Source of the DNA: Candidatus Tectimicrobiota bacterium
GTDB taxonomy: Bacteria > JACPUC01
Direction of reading: 5' to 3'
Assembly (NCBI GenBank): GCA_016192455.1
Contig: JACPUC010000002.1
Coordinates: 115,501-135,500 of the forward strand
DNA: 20,000 bases
A model generated the notes under the pieces. The model was not told where the DNA came from. It searched no databases and saw only the letters and a program-made list of their open reading frames with translations. Position 1 is the stretch's first letter. The number at the start of each line of letters is the position of its first letter. Position numbers and translations under genes: made by a program. Positions 1-9,001 of this stretch are shown here, one piece after another.

Positions 1-2450
1 CCGCCGAGGTCGTCGCGGATGAGGGTGATGTCGGAGGCCTCCATGGCGATATCGGTGCCGGTGCCGATGGCGATCCCCACGTCAGCCTGCGCCAGGGCCG
101 GCGCATCATTGATGCCGTCGCCGACCATCGCCACCTTGCGCCCCTCCGCCTGCAGCTTCTGGATGGCCGCGGCCTTGCCGTCGGGGAGGACTTCCGCGAG
201 GACCTCATCGATTCCCGCCTGGCGGGCGATGGCTTCTGCGGTGGAGCGCGCATCGCCGGTGAGCATGACGACGCGCAGCCTGGCGCGCCGCAGGGCGCGC
301 ACCGCCGCCACCGACGTCTCGCGCAGCGTGTCGGCTACCGCGATGAGACCCGCCGGCGCGCCGCCTACCACCACGTACATGCTCGTCTTCCCCTCCTGGG
401 CCAGCTTCAGGGCCTGGGTGCTGGAGGTGGCGACGTCGATGCCGAGATCCTCCATCATCGCGCGGTTGCCGAGCGCCACGCTCTTCCCGGCGATGGTGGC
501 GGTGATGCCGCGGCCGGGCCACGCCGCGAACTCCTCCGGGGCCGGCAGATCCAGCTCGCGCTCGCGGGCCCGCGCCACGATAGCCGCGCCCAGGGGGTGC
601 TCGGAGCCCTGCTCGGCGGCGGCGGCGAGGCGCAGCACCTCGTCCTCATCATAGCCCTGGAACGAGATGATATCGGTGACTTCCGGCTTGCCCTTTGTCA
701 GCGTGCCGGTCTTGTCCAGGACGATGGTGTCGAGTTTGCACGCTGTCTCCAGGCTCTCGGCGCTCTTGAAGAGGATGCCGTTCTCCGCCCCCTTGCCGCT
801 GCCCACCATGATCGCCGTCGGCGTGGCCAGCCCCAGGGCGCACGGGCAGGCGATGATGAGCACCGCGATGAAGTTCAAGAGGGCGAACGTGAAGGCCGGA
901 TCGGGCCCGGCGAGCCACCAGACGCCGAGGGTCACGAGGGCGAGTGCGATGACGATGGGGACGAAGACCGCCGCGATCGTATCCGCCAGCCGCTGGATCG
1001 GCGCCTTCGAACCCTGCGCCTGCTCGACGAGTTTGATGATCTGCGCCAGGGCGGTCTCGGCGCCGACGCGCGTGGCGCGGAAGGTGAGGCGTCCCGTTTG
1101 GTTCACGGTGGCGCCGATGACCTCATCGCCGGCATGCTTCTCCACCGGGATGCTCTCGCCGGTGAGCATCGACTCATCAATGGCGGAGGCGCCGTCCAGG
1201 ACGATGCCATCGACGGGCACCTTCTCGCCCGGCCGCACCACGACCACGTCGCCCACCTGCACCGTCTCGATGGGCACGTCCTCCTCGCGGCCGTCGCGCA
1301 GGATGCGGGCGGTCTTCGCCCGCAGGCCCATGAGCTTCTTGATGGCCTCCGAGGTCTGCCCCTTGGCGCGCGCCTCGAGCAGCCGGCCCACGAGGATGAG
1401 GGTGATGATCACCGCGGCGGTGTCGTAGTAGACGTGCACCTCGCGGCCGGCGGTGACGAGCCGCGGCCAGAACGTCGCCACGGCGCTGTAGACGAAGGCC
1501 GCCGAGGTGCCGACGGCGATGAGGGTGTTCATGTCGGCGCTGCCGTGGCGGAGCTGCTTGAAGAAGCCGGCATAGAACTGCCAGCCGCACCAGAACTGCA
1601 CCGGCAGGGTGAGGAGGAAGTAGGCGAGGAAGAGCTGCGCCTCCGGCACGGCGGCAAGGCCAGGAATCCTGCCGCGGAACGTTTCGACGAGGAGGAGGGC
1701 GGAGAGCACCGCGCCGACGGCGACCTTGCGCTTCAGGGTGGCGATCTCGCGCTGCCGCGCCTGGCGTTCGTGATCGACCAGGGCGGCCTCGTCGAGGACC
1801 TCGCGGGCGCCGTAACCGGCCGCCTCGACGGCGCGCACCAGCTCCGCCGCCGTCACGCTCCCCGGCAGCAGGCGCACGGCGGCGCGCTGCGTGGCGAGGT
1901 TGACGGTCGCCGAGGTCACCCCATCGAGGCGACGCAGAGCGCGCTCCACCGCGTTCACGCAGCTCGCGCAGGTCATCCCCTGGATGCTCAGGCTCACCTC
2001 GGCTTGCGGCACCTCATAGCCTAGCCCTACAATGGTCTCGGCGAGGCGCTGGGGGTTCGTCTGCCGCGGATCATAGACGAGGCTCGCCTTCTCCGCCGCG
2101 AAATTGACGTTCGCCCGGCTCACCCCAGCGGCTTTGCCCAGGCCGCGCTCGATGGTCGCCGCGCAGCTCGCGCAGCTCATCCCCTTCACGGAGAGGTCGA
2201 GCTGCCGCAACGCGGCGGGGGTGGGGGGGAGAGCGGCGGCTGCCTCGGCCCCGTCGCCGCCGGCATGCGCCGTTGCCGCGGCGTCGGACGCTCCAGCGGC
2301 GCCCTCGCCGTTGAGGTACTGGACGGGGTCGCGCGCGAAGGCGTCACGGCACCCGGGGTTGCAGAAGTAATAGGTCGCGCCGTCGTACTCCATCCTGGCT
2401 GCTGCGGCATGCTCAGCCACGGTCATGCCGCAGACGGGATCACGTGCCAT
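1..2450 (-). CDS. copA: Copper-translocating P1B-type ATPase with N-terminal YHS domain and two HMA domains (C-terminus outside window)
   Basis: Translated by hand, since it is absent from the ORF track (no stop in window). It starts [11 protein letters not shown]...YYFCNPGC (YHS), then has GMSCASC and GMTCASC (HMA), [21 protein letters not shown] and [16 protein letters not shown]. An AGGAGG RBS precedes the ATG at 2450. Confidence 0.96.
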   Translation of the reverse strand, partial: MARDPVCGMTVAEHAAAARMEYDGATYYFCNPGCRDAFARDPVQYLNGEGAAGASDAAATAHAGGDGAEAAAALPPTPAALRQLDLSVKGMSCASCAATIERGLGKAAGVSRANVNFAAEKASLVYDPRQTNPQRLAETIVGLGYEVPQAEVSLSIQGMTCASCVNAVERALRRLDGVTSATVNLATQRAAVRLLPGSVTAAELVRAVEAAGYGAREVLDEAALVDHERQARQREIATLKRKVAVGAVLSALLLVETFRGRIPGLAAVPEAQLFLAYFLLTLPVQFWCGWQFYAGFFKQLRHGSADMNTLIAVGTSAAFVYSAVATFWPRLVTAGREVHVYYDTAAVIITLILVGRLLEARAKGQTSEAIKKLMGLRAKTARILRDGREEDVPIETVQVGDVVVVRPGEKVPVDGIVLDGASAIDESMLTGESIPVEKHAGDEVIGATVNQTGRLTFRATRVGAETALAQIIKLVEQAQGSKAPIQRLADTIAAVFVPIVIALALVTLGVWWLAGPDPAFTFALLNFIAVLIIACPCALGLATPTAIMVGSGKGAENGILFKSAESLETACKLDTIVLDKTGTLTKGKPEVTDIISFQGYDEDEVLRLAAAAEQGSEHPLGAAIVARARERELDLPAPEEFAAWPGRGITATIAGKSVALGNRAMMEDLGIDVATSSTQALKLAQEGKTSMYVVVGGAPAGLIAVADTLRETSVAAVRALRRARLRVVMLTGDARSTAEAIARQAGIDEVLAEVLPDGKAAAIQKLQAEGRKVAMVGDGINDAPALAQADVGIAIGTGTDIAMEASDITLIRDDLG

Positions 2451-2509
2451 GGGCGAACCCTCCTGGGGAAGAGCCAAGCAAGGAAAAACCACCGGCGGCC
2501 GCTCCCCCC

Positions 2510-2539
2510 AATATAGGATACCCCCCCACCCCATGTCAA
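2510..2539 (-). promoter_or_regulatory. sigma70-type promoter of copA with a G-tract spacer (candidate CsoR/RcnR-type operator)
   Basis: The minus strand reads TTGACA-TGGGGTGGGGGGGTATCC(18 nt)-TATATT, about 60 bp upstream of the copA ATG. Confidence 0.6.
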
Positions 2540-2783
2540 TGGGGCGGAGGCGGGGGAGGAACCCAAGGGGCCGGAGGAGGTCATGCCCTGTCCGGCAAGG
2601 AGGCCCCCCTCTTGAGTATCGCGCCTCAGGGGAGGCGCCGCAAGCCTCCCCCGGCTGTTCCCCCGCCGCGTCGGCCTGAACCAGGAGGTCGACGGCCGGA
2701 GGGCGTCGCGGCGGCGGGACAACGGCGGCAGAATCGATGGGACGAGGCACGGGACCGTGTCGTTCCGTGCAGGGAGAGCAAGG

Positions 2784-4454
2784 ATGGAACTCGATCCCCT
2801 AACCCTTGCGGTGATCAAGGGCGGCCTCGAGCAGGTGGCCGAAGAGATGGACCTGACGCTGCGGCGCTGCGCCTTTTCGCCGGTGATCTCCGAGTCGTGC
2901 GATATGGCCAACGGCATCTACACCGCCCACGATGGCGAGGTGATCGTCCAGGGCCCGAAAGGGTTGCCGGTCTTCGTGGCGATCATGCAGTTCGCGGTGA
3001 AGGTGGTCATGGAGGAGGCCGGCGCCGGCGGTCTGGCGCCGGGTGACATCTTCATCCTCAACGATCCGGCCTCCGGTGGCAGCCACCTCAACGACATGAA
3101 ACTGGTGCGGCCGGTCTTCCATGACGGCAAGCTCTTCGCCATGCTCGCCAACACCGCGCACTGGATCGACCTGGGGGGCAATGTGCCGGGGAACTTCGGC
3201 GTGCGCGCCAGCGAGATTTTCCAGGAGGGGTTCCGCCTGACGCCGGTGAAGATTTACGCTGCCGGCGTGCTCAACGAGGCGCTGCTCGAGACGATCCTGG
3301 CGAACACGCGCGTGCCGCAGTGGTGCTACGGCGATCTGCAGGCACAGGTGAACGCCCTGCTCGTCGGCGAGCGCCGCCTTGGGGTGCTCATCGAGCGCTA
3401 CGGGGCCGACCTCCTGCAGGCGGCGATCGCCGAGCTGCGCCGCCGCGCCGAGCAGCAGATGCGGGCCGCCATCGCCGACATTCCCGACGGCACCTACCGA
3501 TTCAGCGATGGCCTCGATAACGACGGCGTGGAGGACCGCCCGCTCACCATCGTCCTGGCCCTGGAGGTACGCGGCAACGAGATGAGCCTCGACTTCACCG
3601 GCACCTCGCCGCAGGCGCAGGGAACCGTCAATGTGTCGCTGAGTACGGCGATCTCGAGCGCCTACGTGGCCATCAAGCACGTCTTCCCGCACGTCCCCCT
3701 GAACGGCGGCTGTTTCGCACCCATCACGTTCACCATTCCTCCCGGCAGCCTCCTGCATCCGGGGGAGGCGAGCGCGGCGGGGGGGTACAACGAGACGGCC
3801 ATGCGCATCATCGACGTGGTGCTGGGGGCGCTGGGGCAGGCGGTGCCGAAGCAGGTGCCCGCCGCCTGCTTCTCGACGCTCAACGCCATCCTGATCAGCG
3901 GCCGGCATGCGCGGCGCGGCCGCTACGTGATGTTCAGCTTCACCGGCGGCGGCAACGGCGCGGCGGCGACCCTCGACGGTCTGACGCACTGCAACGCCGC
4001 TGTCGGCATGGCGCGCAGCCAACCCTGGGAAATCATCGAGCACCTCTACCCCGTGCTCTACCACCAGGTGGCGCTGCGGGTCGACTCGGCCGGCGCCGGC
4101 CGCCAGCGGGGCGGCTTCGGGGCGATCTACCGCTACGAGCTGCGTGACGGCCCGGCGGTCGCCTCCATCCTGGGGGATCGCAGCCGGCGCGGGCCGTTCG
4201 GCGTGCACGGCGGCCAGCCGGGAGCCACGAGCCGGGTGCGCTTCCTGCGGCGCGGCGGCGTCTACGAGCCGCCGCTCGGCACGAAGGACGAGCACATCGC
4301 GCTGCAGGCGGGCGATATCATCGAGCTGCAGACGCCGGGTGGCGGCGGCTATGGCGATCCACGCCAGCGCAGCCGCGCGGCGATCACGCGCGACCTGGCC
4401 CGCGGCTACCTGACGCTCGAGGCGGCGCGGCGAGAGTATGGGTACAAAGGATAA
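2784..4454 (+). CDS. Hydantoinase B / 5-oxoprolinase family protein
   Basis: Motifs include [68 protein letters not shown] and a C-terminal [13 protein letters not shown] 2784 follows a purine-rich GGGAGAG element. Confidence 0.93.
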   Translation: MELDPLTLAVIKGGLEQVAEEMDLTLRRCAFSPVISESCDMANGIYTAHDGEVIVQGPKGLPVFVAIMQFAVKVVMEEAGAGGLAPGDIFILNDPASGGSHLNDMKLVRPVFHDGKLFAMLANTAHWIDLGGNVPGNFGVRASEIFQEGFRLTPVKIYAAGVLNEALLETILANTRVPQWCYGDLQAQVNALLVGERRLGVLIERYGADLLQAAIAELRRRAEQQMRAAIADIPDGTYRFSDGLDNDGVEDRPLTIVLALEVRGNEMSLDFTGTSPQAQGTVNVSLSTAISSAYVAIKHVFPHVPLNGGCFAPITFTIPPGSLLHPGEASAAGGYNETAMRIIDVVLGALGQAVPKQVPAACFSTLNAILISGRHARRGRYVMFSFTGGGNGAAATLDGLTHCNAAVGMARSQPWEIIEHLYPVLYHQVALRVDSAGAGRQRGGFGAIYRYELRDGPAVASILGDRSRRGPFGVHGGQPGATSRVRFLRRGGVYEPPLGTKDEHIALQAGDIIELQTPGGGGYGDPRQRSRAAITRDLARGYLTLEAARREYGYKG

Positions 4455-4726
4455 GAGCCGAAGGGAAGGGTGAAGCGGGGTGACAGAAGTTGAAGGGAAG
4501 CTGTGGGAGTAGGAGCGCGGGCGCTCCGTGGGTTGATGAAGCGCGACGAAGTGGCAATGGGTTTCACGGCGGCAGGGAGCGGGGTGGCGCGGGCGTGCGA
4601 GGCGGCGCAAGCGTGCCACGCTGCGCCTCGCCGCCCGCAAAAGCGGGCATGCGGCGTGCGGGCGTCCCGCCCGTACTGCGCCGCCGCTGGGGGTCGCTGC
4701 GGGCAAGATGCCCGCGCTCCGAATCA

Positions 4727-5077
4727 TCACCTCCACGCTCGCGACGAAGGCGGACGACGCCCCGGCCGGGGCGGGGGGGACGGCGGCAGCTCAGTCTCGA
4801 TCTCTTTGATGGTGAGCTTCAGCTCGCCGAATGCTTCCCGGTTCTCCTCGATAAGCTGGCGCATGGCTTGGCTGAGGGTCTGGAGCTGGGAGAGGCAGAA
4901 AGCCTTCACGCTGGCATCGGTGCTGTCCATGTATTGATCGAGGAGGAGGCGGTAGTCGTGGCCCAGGCGGGTGATGCGCTCCGCGACGGAGCGCGGCACG
5001 AAGATGCTCCGCAGAGAGCGGTAGAGATGCCGCCAGCTCTCGAGGTTGGCGATGAGGTCATCATTGCGGGAGTGCAT
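4727..5077 (-). CDS. Hypothetical 116-aa helical protein with Pro/Arg-rich tail
   Basis: The sequence MHSRNDDLIANLESWRHLYRSL...ELKLTIKEIETELPPSPPPRP has a protein-like amphipathic composition and an apparent promoter directly before the ATG. The longer 198-aa call adds a non-protein-like N-terminus. Confidence 0.7.
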   Translation of the reverse strand: MHSRNDDLIANLESWRHLYRSLRSIFVPRSVAERITRLGHDYRLLLDQYMDSTDASVKAFCLSQLQTLSQAMRQLIEENREAFGELKLTIKEIETELPPSPPPRPGRRPPSSRAWR

Positions 5078-5083
5078 AGGGGC

Positions 5084-5112
5084 AAGGTAAGCGAATAAAA
5101 AGCAAAAGTCAA
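5084..5112 (-). promoter_or_regulatory. sigma70-type promoter giving a probably leaderless transcript
   Basis: The minus strand reads TTGACT-17 nt (T-rich)-TACCTT-6 nt-ATG, an AT-rich patch in GC-rich DNA with no Shine-Dalgarno. Confidence 0.65.
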
Positions 5113-5325
5113 CCTCGCATACCTCTCCCCTGCACCTGACTCGCCGCAACGGCGCGTGATGGGGCGACGGAGGGGGTGCGGCGATGGGCGTGGCGTCTGC
5201 CCCTGGGCGAGCCGCCGAACAACTCGCGGCGTGAGGGGAGGGGGGCAGCGATTCCCTAGGAAGGACCTTGCACCACTTCCGCGTCCAACGCCTCGAATTG
5301 GTGGCGGAATTTCTCCGCGACAACT

Positions 5326-6168
5326 TTAAAGCGCCGCGGCGCGGAAGACCGTCGCGGGCGCGATGCGCTCGCCGTAAAAGTCGGCCTCCAGGGCGCGCAT
5401 TGCCTCGTCGCTCAGCGGCTTCAGGTACTGCTCGTTGCGCTGCCAGATCTCGAGGATGCGCACGCGCTTGATGCGCTCGCGCAGCGCGTCGAACTCCTCG
5501 CGTGAGGGCAGGTCGCGCATAAGGGCGTGGATGGTCTCCGGGCCGTGGTGCAGCTCGTCCGCGGCGATGCGGCGCTCGATCTCGACCAGCCGCCGGCTGA
5601 ACTCGTCGCTGACGGGAATTCTGCTCTGTGCCCAGTGCCAGCTCACCGCGCCCCCTTCGCCGCAGGCGCGGATGAGTGCGGCGCCCCAGGCGGAGCTGGC
5701 CTCGCAGAGCGCGGCGCGCTCGGTGAAGCAGGCATAGTTATGCGGCCAGCGCTCGTGCGTCCGGCGGTAGTCGCCGTATCCCAGCAGCGCATAGGCTTTC
5801 GGCGGGCAGTACTCGTACATGTCAGCGATCGGGCAGGGTTTCCCCTCGAGGCGCCAGGTGAGGAGTTCCAGGTAGGCTTCGTAGTGCTCCGCCTCTTCCA
5901 GGGCGTCCTGGAGCGACTTGCGCAGCTCGGCGGAGGAGCCGTGCGGTGTGGCGCCGAGGCAGCGCCGCGCATGCATGACGACGGCGCCATACTCCTTGCC
6001 CGCCTGCAAGGCCAGCCAACTCACGTCGCGCTGCCAGGTGCGCGCCGCGGCATACGCCAGCACCACCTGCCGCATGGTCGCGGCGCCGCGATCGAGGATG
6101 AGCAGAAGCTCCTCCTTGACCTGCTGCTGCTCAGCGCTCAAGCTCTGCTCGCTCGGGCTCTTCACCAT
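5326..6168 (-). CDS. Hypothetical protein, probable ferritin-like di-iron carboxylate fold
   Basis: The 280-aa product shows the pattern E59...E92xxH95...E171...E205xxH208. A GGAGG RBS precedes the ATG. Confidence 0.75.
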   Translation of the reverse strand: MVKSPSEQSLSAEQQQVKEELLLILDRGAATMRQVVLAYAAARTWQRDVSWLALQAGKEYGAVVMHARRCLGATPHGSSAELRKSLQDALEEAEHYEAYLELLTWRLEGKPCPIADMYEYCPPKAYALLGYGDYRRTHERWPHNYACFTERAALCEASSAWGAALIRACGEGGAVSWHWAQSRIPVSDEFSRRLVEIERRIAADELHHGPETIHALMRDLPSREEFDALRERIKRVRILEIWQRNEQYLKPLSDEAMRALEADFYGERIAPATVFRAAAL

Positions 6169-6412
6169 TCCACCTCCCTGTCTACCTTTGCGTGGTGCGT
6201 GGTGCGCCTACCAGCGACGCTCCATACCCGAGGATCGCCCGACGATGCAGGGTAGCAAGGGGAGGACGAGGCGGCAACGCTGCGGTGGGGTGGAACGAGG
6301 CGATCCAATCGAGCGGGAACGGCAGCCGCGCCCGCGAGCGGGAAGCAAACGCTTCCGCGAAGCACGCAGCGGCTGCATTTCGGCTGCGGTGGGGCAGCGC
6401 CGCAGCGGTGAG

Positions 6413-7183
6413 CTAATTGGACCCTGGGGCCTTGCTCTCCGTGTCCGGGAAGGTTCGGATGACGCGTTCAGTCCCCAACCGCGCCAGCGTGTCACTGCGT
6501 TGCCAGACCGCGCCGCCGCGCAGGAAGCGCCCCATCTTCAAGACGTTATCGAAGAGAGCCTCCTGCGTCTCGGCGTAGTGAGCCTGCCAGAGCACCATGC
6601 CGTCGCGCAGGCTGATGAGGAGCGCCCCGTAGCTCACCGCGGCCGGGCTGTCGACCGCCAGGGGGCCACCCTCGCGGTCACGATACAGGTAGACGATGCC
6701 GGTCAGGACGGCGTCGATCGTTCCCAGCGCTTCCGGCACAAGCTCCTCGCCCTGCTTGTCCGTCGGGCGTGCGGCCCCGGCGGCGGCCTCGGCATTCCCC
6801 TGGGCCTTCAGCGCCCGGCTTAGGCGCCGCTGCACGACTTTCTTGATGGCTTCAAGGCGTTCCGGCGGCAGCGCAATCCCGACCTCAGCCCGGCGGAGCT
6901 CCGGCAGGGTCTCGCCGGTGCCGCTCTCCGGCGGCAAGAGGTGGAGGGAGCGGTTGTTCCGCAGCTCGTTGTAGATGAACTGCGCCACCTTCTCGCCGGC
7001 GACGGGGTCGTCGCTCTCGTTGGCGAAGGGGAGCACGGCGATGCGCTGGAAGGCATAGTCGTGAATGCGCGTCACCCAGGCGGCCCGCACATTGGAAAGC
7101 TCCTTGGTGCGCAGGTGACGCTCAGCAAGCGCCATCCCCGAGACGCTCACCACGGCGAGCAGCGCGGCAAGGAGACTCAGCAC
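6413..7183 (-). CDS. Exported protein of CsgG/LpoB/GNA1162-like fold (start uncertain: GTG 7183 or 7261; ORF open to 7333)
   Basis: A signal-like segment LSLLAALLAVVSVSGMALA is followed by RIAVLPFANES, DAVLTGIV and LISLRDGMVLWQA, segments typical of this fold. Confidence 0.7.
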   Translation of the reverse strand: MLSLLAALLAVVSVSGMALAERHLRTKELSNVRAAWVTRIHDYAFQRIAVLPFANESDDPVAGEKVAQFIYNELRNNRSLHLLPPESGTGETLPELRRAEVGIALPPERLEAIKKVVQRRLSRALKAQGNAEAAAGAARPTDKQGEELVPEALGTIDAVLTGIVYLYRDREGGPLAVDSPAAVSYGALLISLRDGMVLWQAHYAETQEALFDNVLKMGRFLRGGAVWQRSDTLARLGTERVIRTFPDTESKAPGSN

Positions 7184-7618
7184 CTGGAGCCGCGGACCGG
7201 TCGCAGGGAAGGGCTGGGAGACGAGGTGCGGCGTTCTCAAAGGGGCATGTCCTTTCTTCACCTTCCGGCTGAAGGCTCGGCGGAGAGGTCGCAAAACCCT
7301 AGCGTACGGGGACCGAGGCACGAAATCAAGCAATTCTCCCGAAAATACCGCCCTGCCGATGCCGCAATAACTCCTGTTTCCACGCGCGCGGCGACCTCAC
7401 TCCGGCCGCCACGGCTCGGCGTGGGGGAGAAGCGCAGCGGCGCGCCGATTTCCTAGCTCGGCAGAGATGGTTCCTTAACGTATAGTATGCGCATCCGCCC
7501 CTCAGGAGTCCATAAGGTTGGTCCCTCGGAGAGCATTCGGGCCGCGGCGCGCAAGGATGCGCCGGCCACTCTCAGGATGCCGCCGTAGGGAGGGGCAGGG
7601 AGGAGAGGTTCCCCAGGC

Positions 7619-8455
7619 ATGTTCCACTTACTCTTGAGGCTCTACCAGCGTCTTTCCAGAACCCAGCGCCGGAGGATCCAGGCCTTGCTGGGGCCCTACC
7701 GGGGCGAGCCCATCAAGGTGGTCAAGACGCATCACCGCGCGGGGTTCAGGATGCTCATGCCGCAGGAGGCGCTGCTCGGCAACCTCTTCCTCGTCGGCGG
7801 CACCTTCCGCTGGGAGGAGGAGGAGACGGAGATCGTCCTGCAGCATCTCTCGCCCACCGACGTGTTCGTTGATATCGGGGCGAACACCGGCTACTACACG
7901 CTCCTCGCCCAGGCGCGCTGCCGCCGCGTTTATGCGTTCGAGCCCGGCAAGCAGTTCTTCCGCGAGCTCCTGGCGAACCTGAGCCTGAATGATGGAGCCA
8001 ACGTCACGGCGCTGAACTACGGGCTCTTCAGCGGCGCCCATGAAGCCTACCTGAAGGTGAGCCGGGGCAAGCTGATCTTCCCGGCGGCGGCTTCGGTGAA
8101 GCAGAGCGACCTCGAGGCGATCAACAGGCGCGATGCGAACTTCGAGAAGATCGACCTGCGCGTCTTCGATGAGGTGCGCGAGGAGCTCGGGATTCCGAAG
8201 GTGGATTTCTTGAAGGTGGACGTGGAGGGCGCGGAGATCGATGTGCTGCTGGGAATGCGCCGCACGCTCAGCGAGGAGCATCCGAGCATCCTTCTCAGCG
8301 TGCATCCCTCGAAGCTGACGACATTTGGACGGCGGAATGACGACCTCTTCGATCTCCTGCGGAAATTCGGCTACGAGTTCCGCGCTATCAGCGGCATCGA
8401 GGAGGAGGTCGTCCAGCCTTCCTACACGTTGAACTCTACGTTGTTCTGTTGGTAG
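7619..8455 (+). CDS. FkbM family SAM-dependent methyltransferase
   Basis: Motifs are VFVDIGANTGYYTL, VYAFEP and [31 protein letters not shown] lies upstream. Confidence 0.93.
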   Translation: MFHLLLRLYQRLSRTQRRRIQALLGPYRGEPIKVVKTHHRAGFRMLMPQEALLGNLFLVGGTFRWEEEETEIVLQHLSPTDVFVDIGANTGYYTLLAQARCRRVYAFEPGKQFFRELLANLSLNDGANVTALNYGLFSGAHEAYLKVSRGKLIFPAAASVKQSDLEAINRRDANFEKIDLRVFDEVREELGIPKVDFLKVDVEGAEIDVLLGMRRTLSEEHPSILLSVHPSKLTTFGRRNDDLFDLLRKFGYEFRAISGIEEEVVQPSYTLNSTLFCW

Positions 8456-8552
8456 GCGCCGCTGCCGGCGAGGAGCCGGGCGAGGTCCGCGTGGCCCCAT
8501 GGCGCGGGCGCGGCGCAACGCCCCCTCCCGGCTCCACGGTGGAGGTTCGGCG

Positions 8553-8855
8553 GTGGAGTGCGACTGCTGCGGGCGGAAATCCGCCGGGGACGAACCCTAC
8601 GCAGGCTGGCTGCGGGAGTACTTCGCGGCGTACTACGAGACGATCTGCTCGCAATGTGGGCAGATGTTGGAAGCGGAAGCGCACGACCTCCTCGAGGAGT
8701 TCGCCAAGCGCATGTACCTCGGTCAGAAAACCGCCGACCTCCTCAGGGACTGCACCTGCGCGGCGTGCGGGCAGAGCTTCGCCAGCACGGAGCGCCTCGG
8801 CGCCTGCTGCCCGCGCTGTGGGACATGGAAGGAGGTGAGGCGGGGCGGCTCGTGA
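8553..8855 (+). CDS. Small Cys-rich double zinc-ribbon protein (100 aa)
   Basis: The GTG start lies 7 nt after GGAGG (8541-8545). The product has four CxxC pairs: CDCC, CSQC, CAAC and CPRC. Confidence 0.75.
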   Translation: MECDCCGRKSAGDEPYAGWLREYFAAYYETICSQCGQMLEAEAHDLLEEFAKRMYLGQKTADLLRDCTCAACGQSFASTERLGACCPRCGTWKEVRRGGS

Positions 8856-9001
8856 CATGCCCTGAACCGCCACGATGCCGCTTGTGGGGCGGCGCACGAA
8901 GCCGGTGAGGAGGCGGCGGCGCGGGGAAACAGCCGATCCCTCGCAGCCGCTGGCGGCGCCGCGCCTGGGTCAGGGCAGGTGGAGCCGGGCACCCTCCGCC
9001 C

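Noticed and set aside
19..2024. Long + strand ORFs (19-654, 597-2024, 667-1428)
   Set aside because: They are antisense shadows of copA, which has all P-type ATPase motifs on the minus strand.
2739..2753. 15-bp sequence GGGACGAGGCACGGG, also present near 13718
   Set aside because: It occurs twice in GC-rich DNA, is not palindromic and lacks the sigma54 -12 element, so it could be chance.
2799..4736. 645-aa minus-strand ORF
   Set aside because: It is an antisense shadow of the hydantoinase B gene, a common artefact of GC-rich codon usage.
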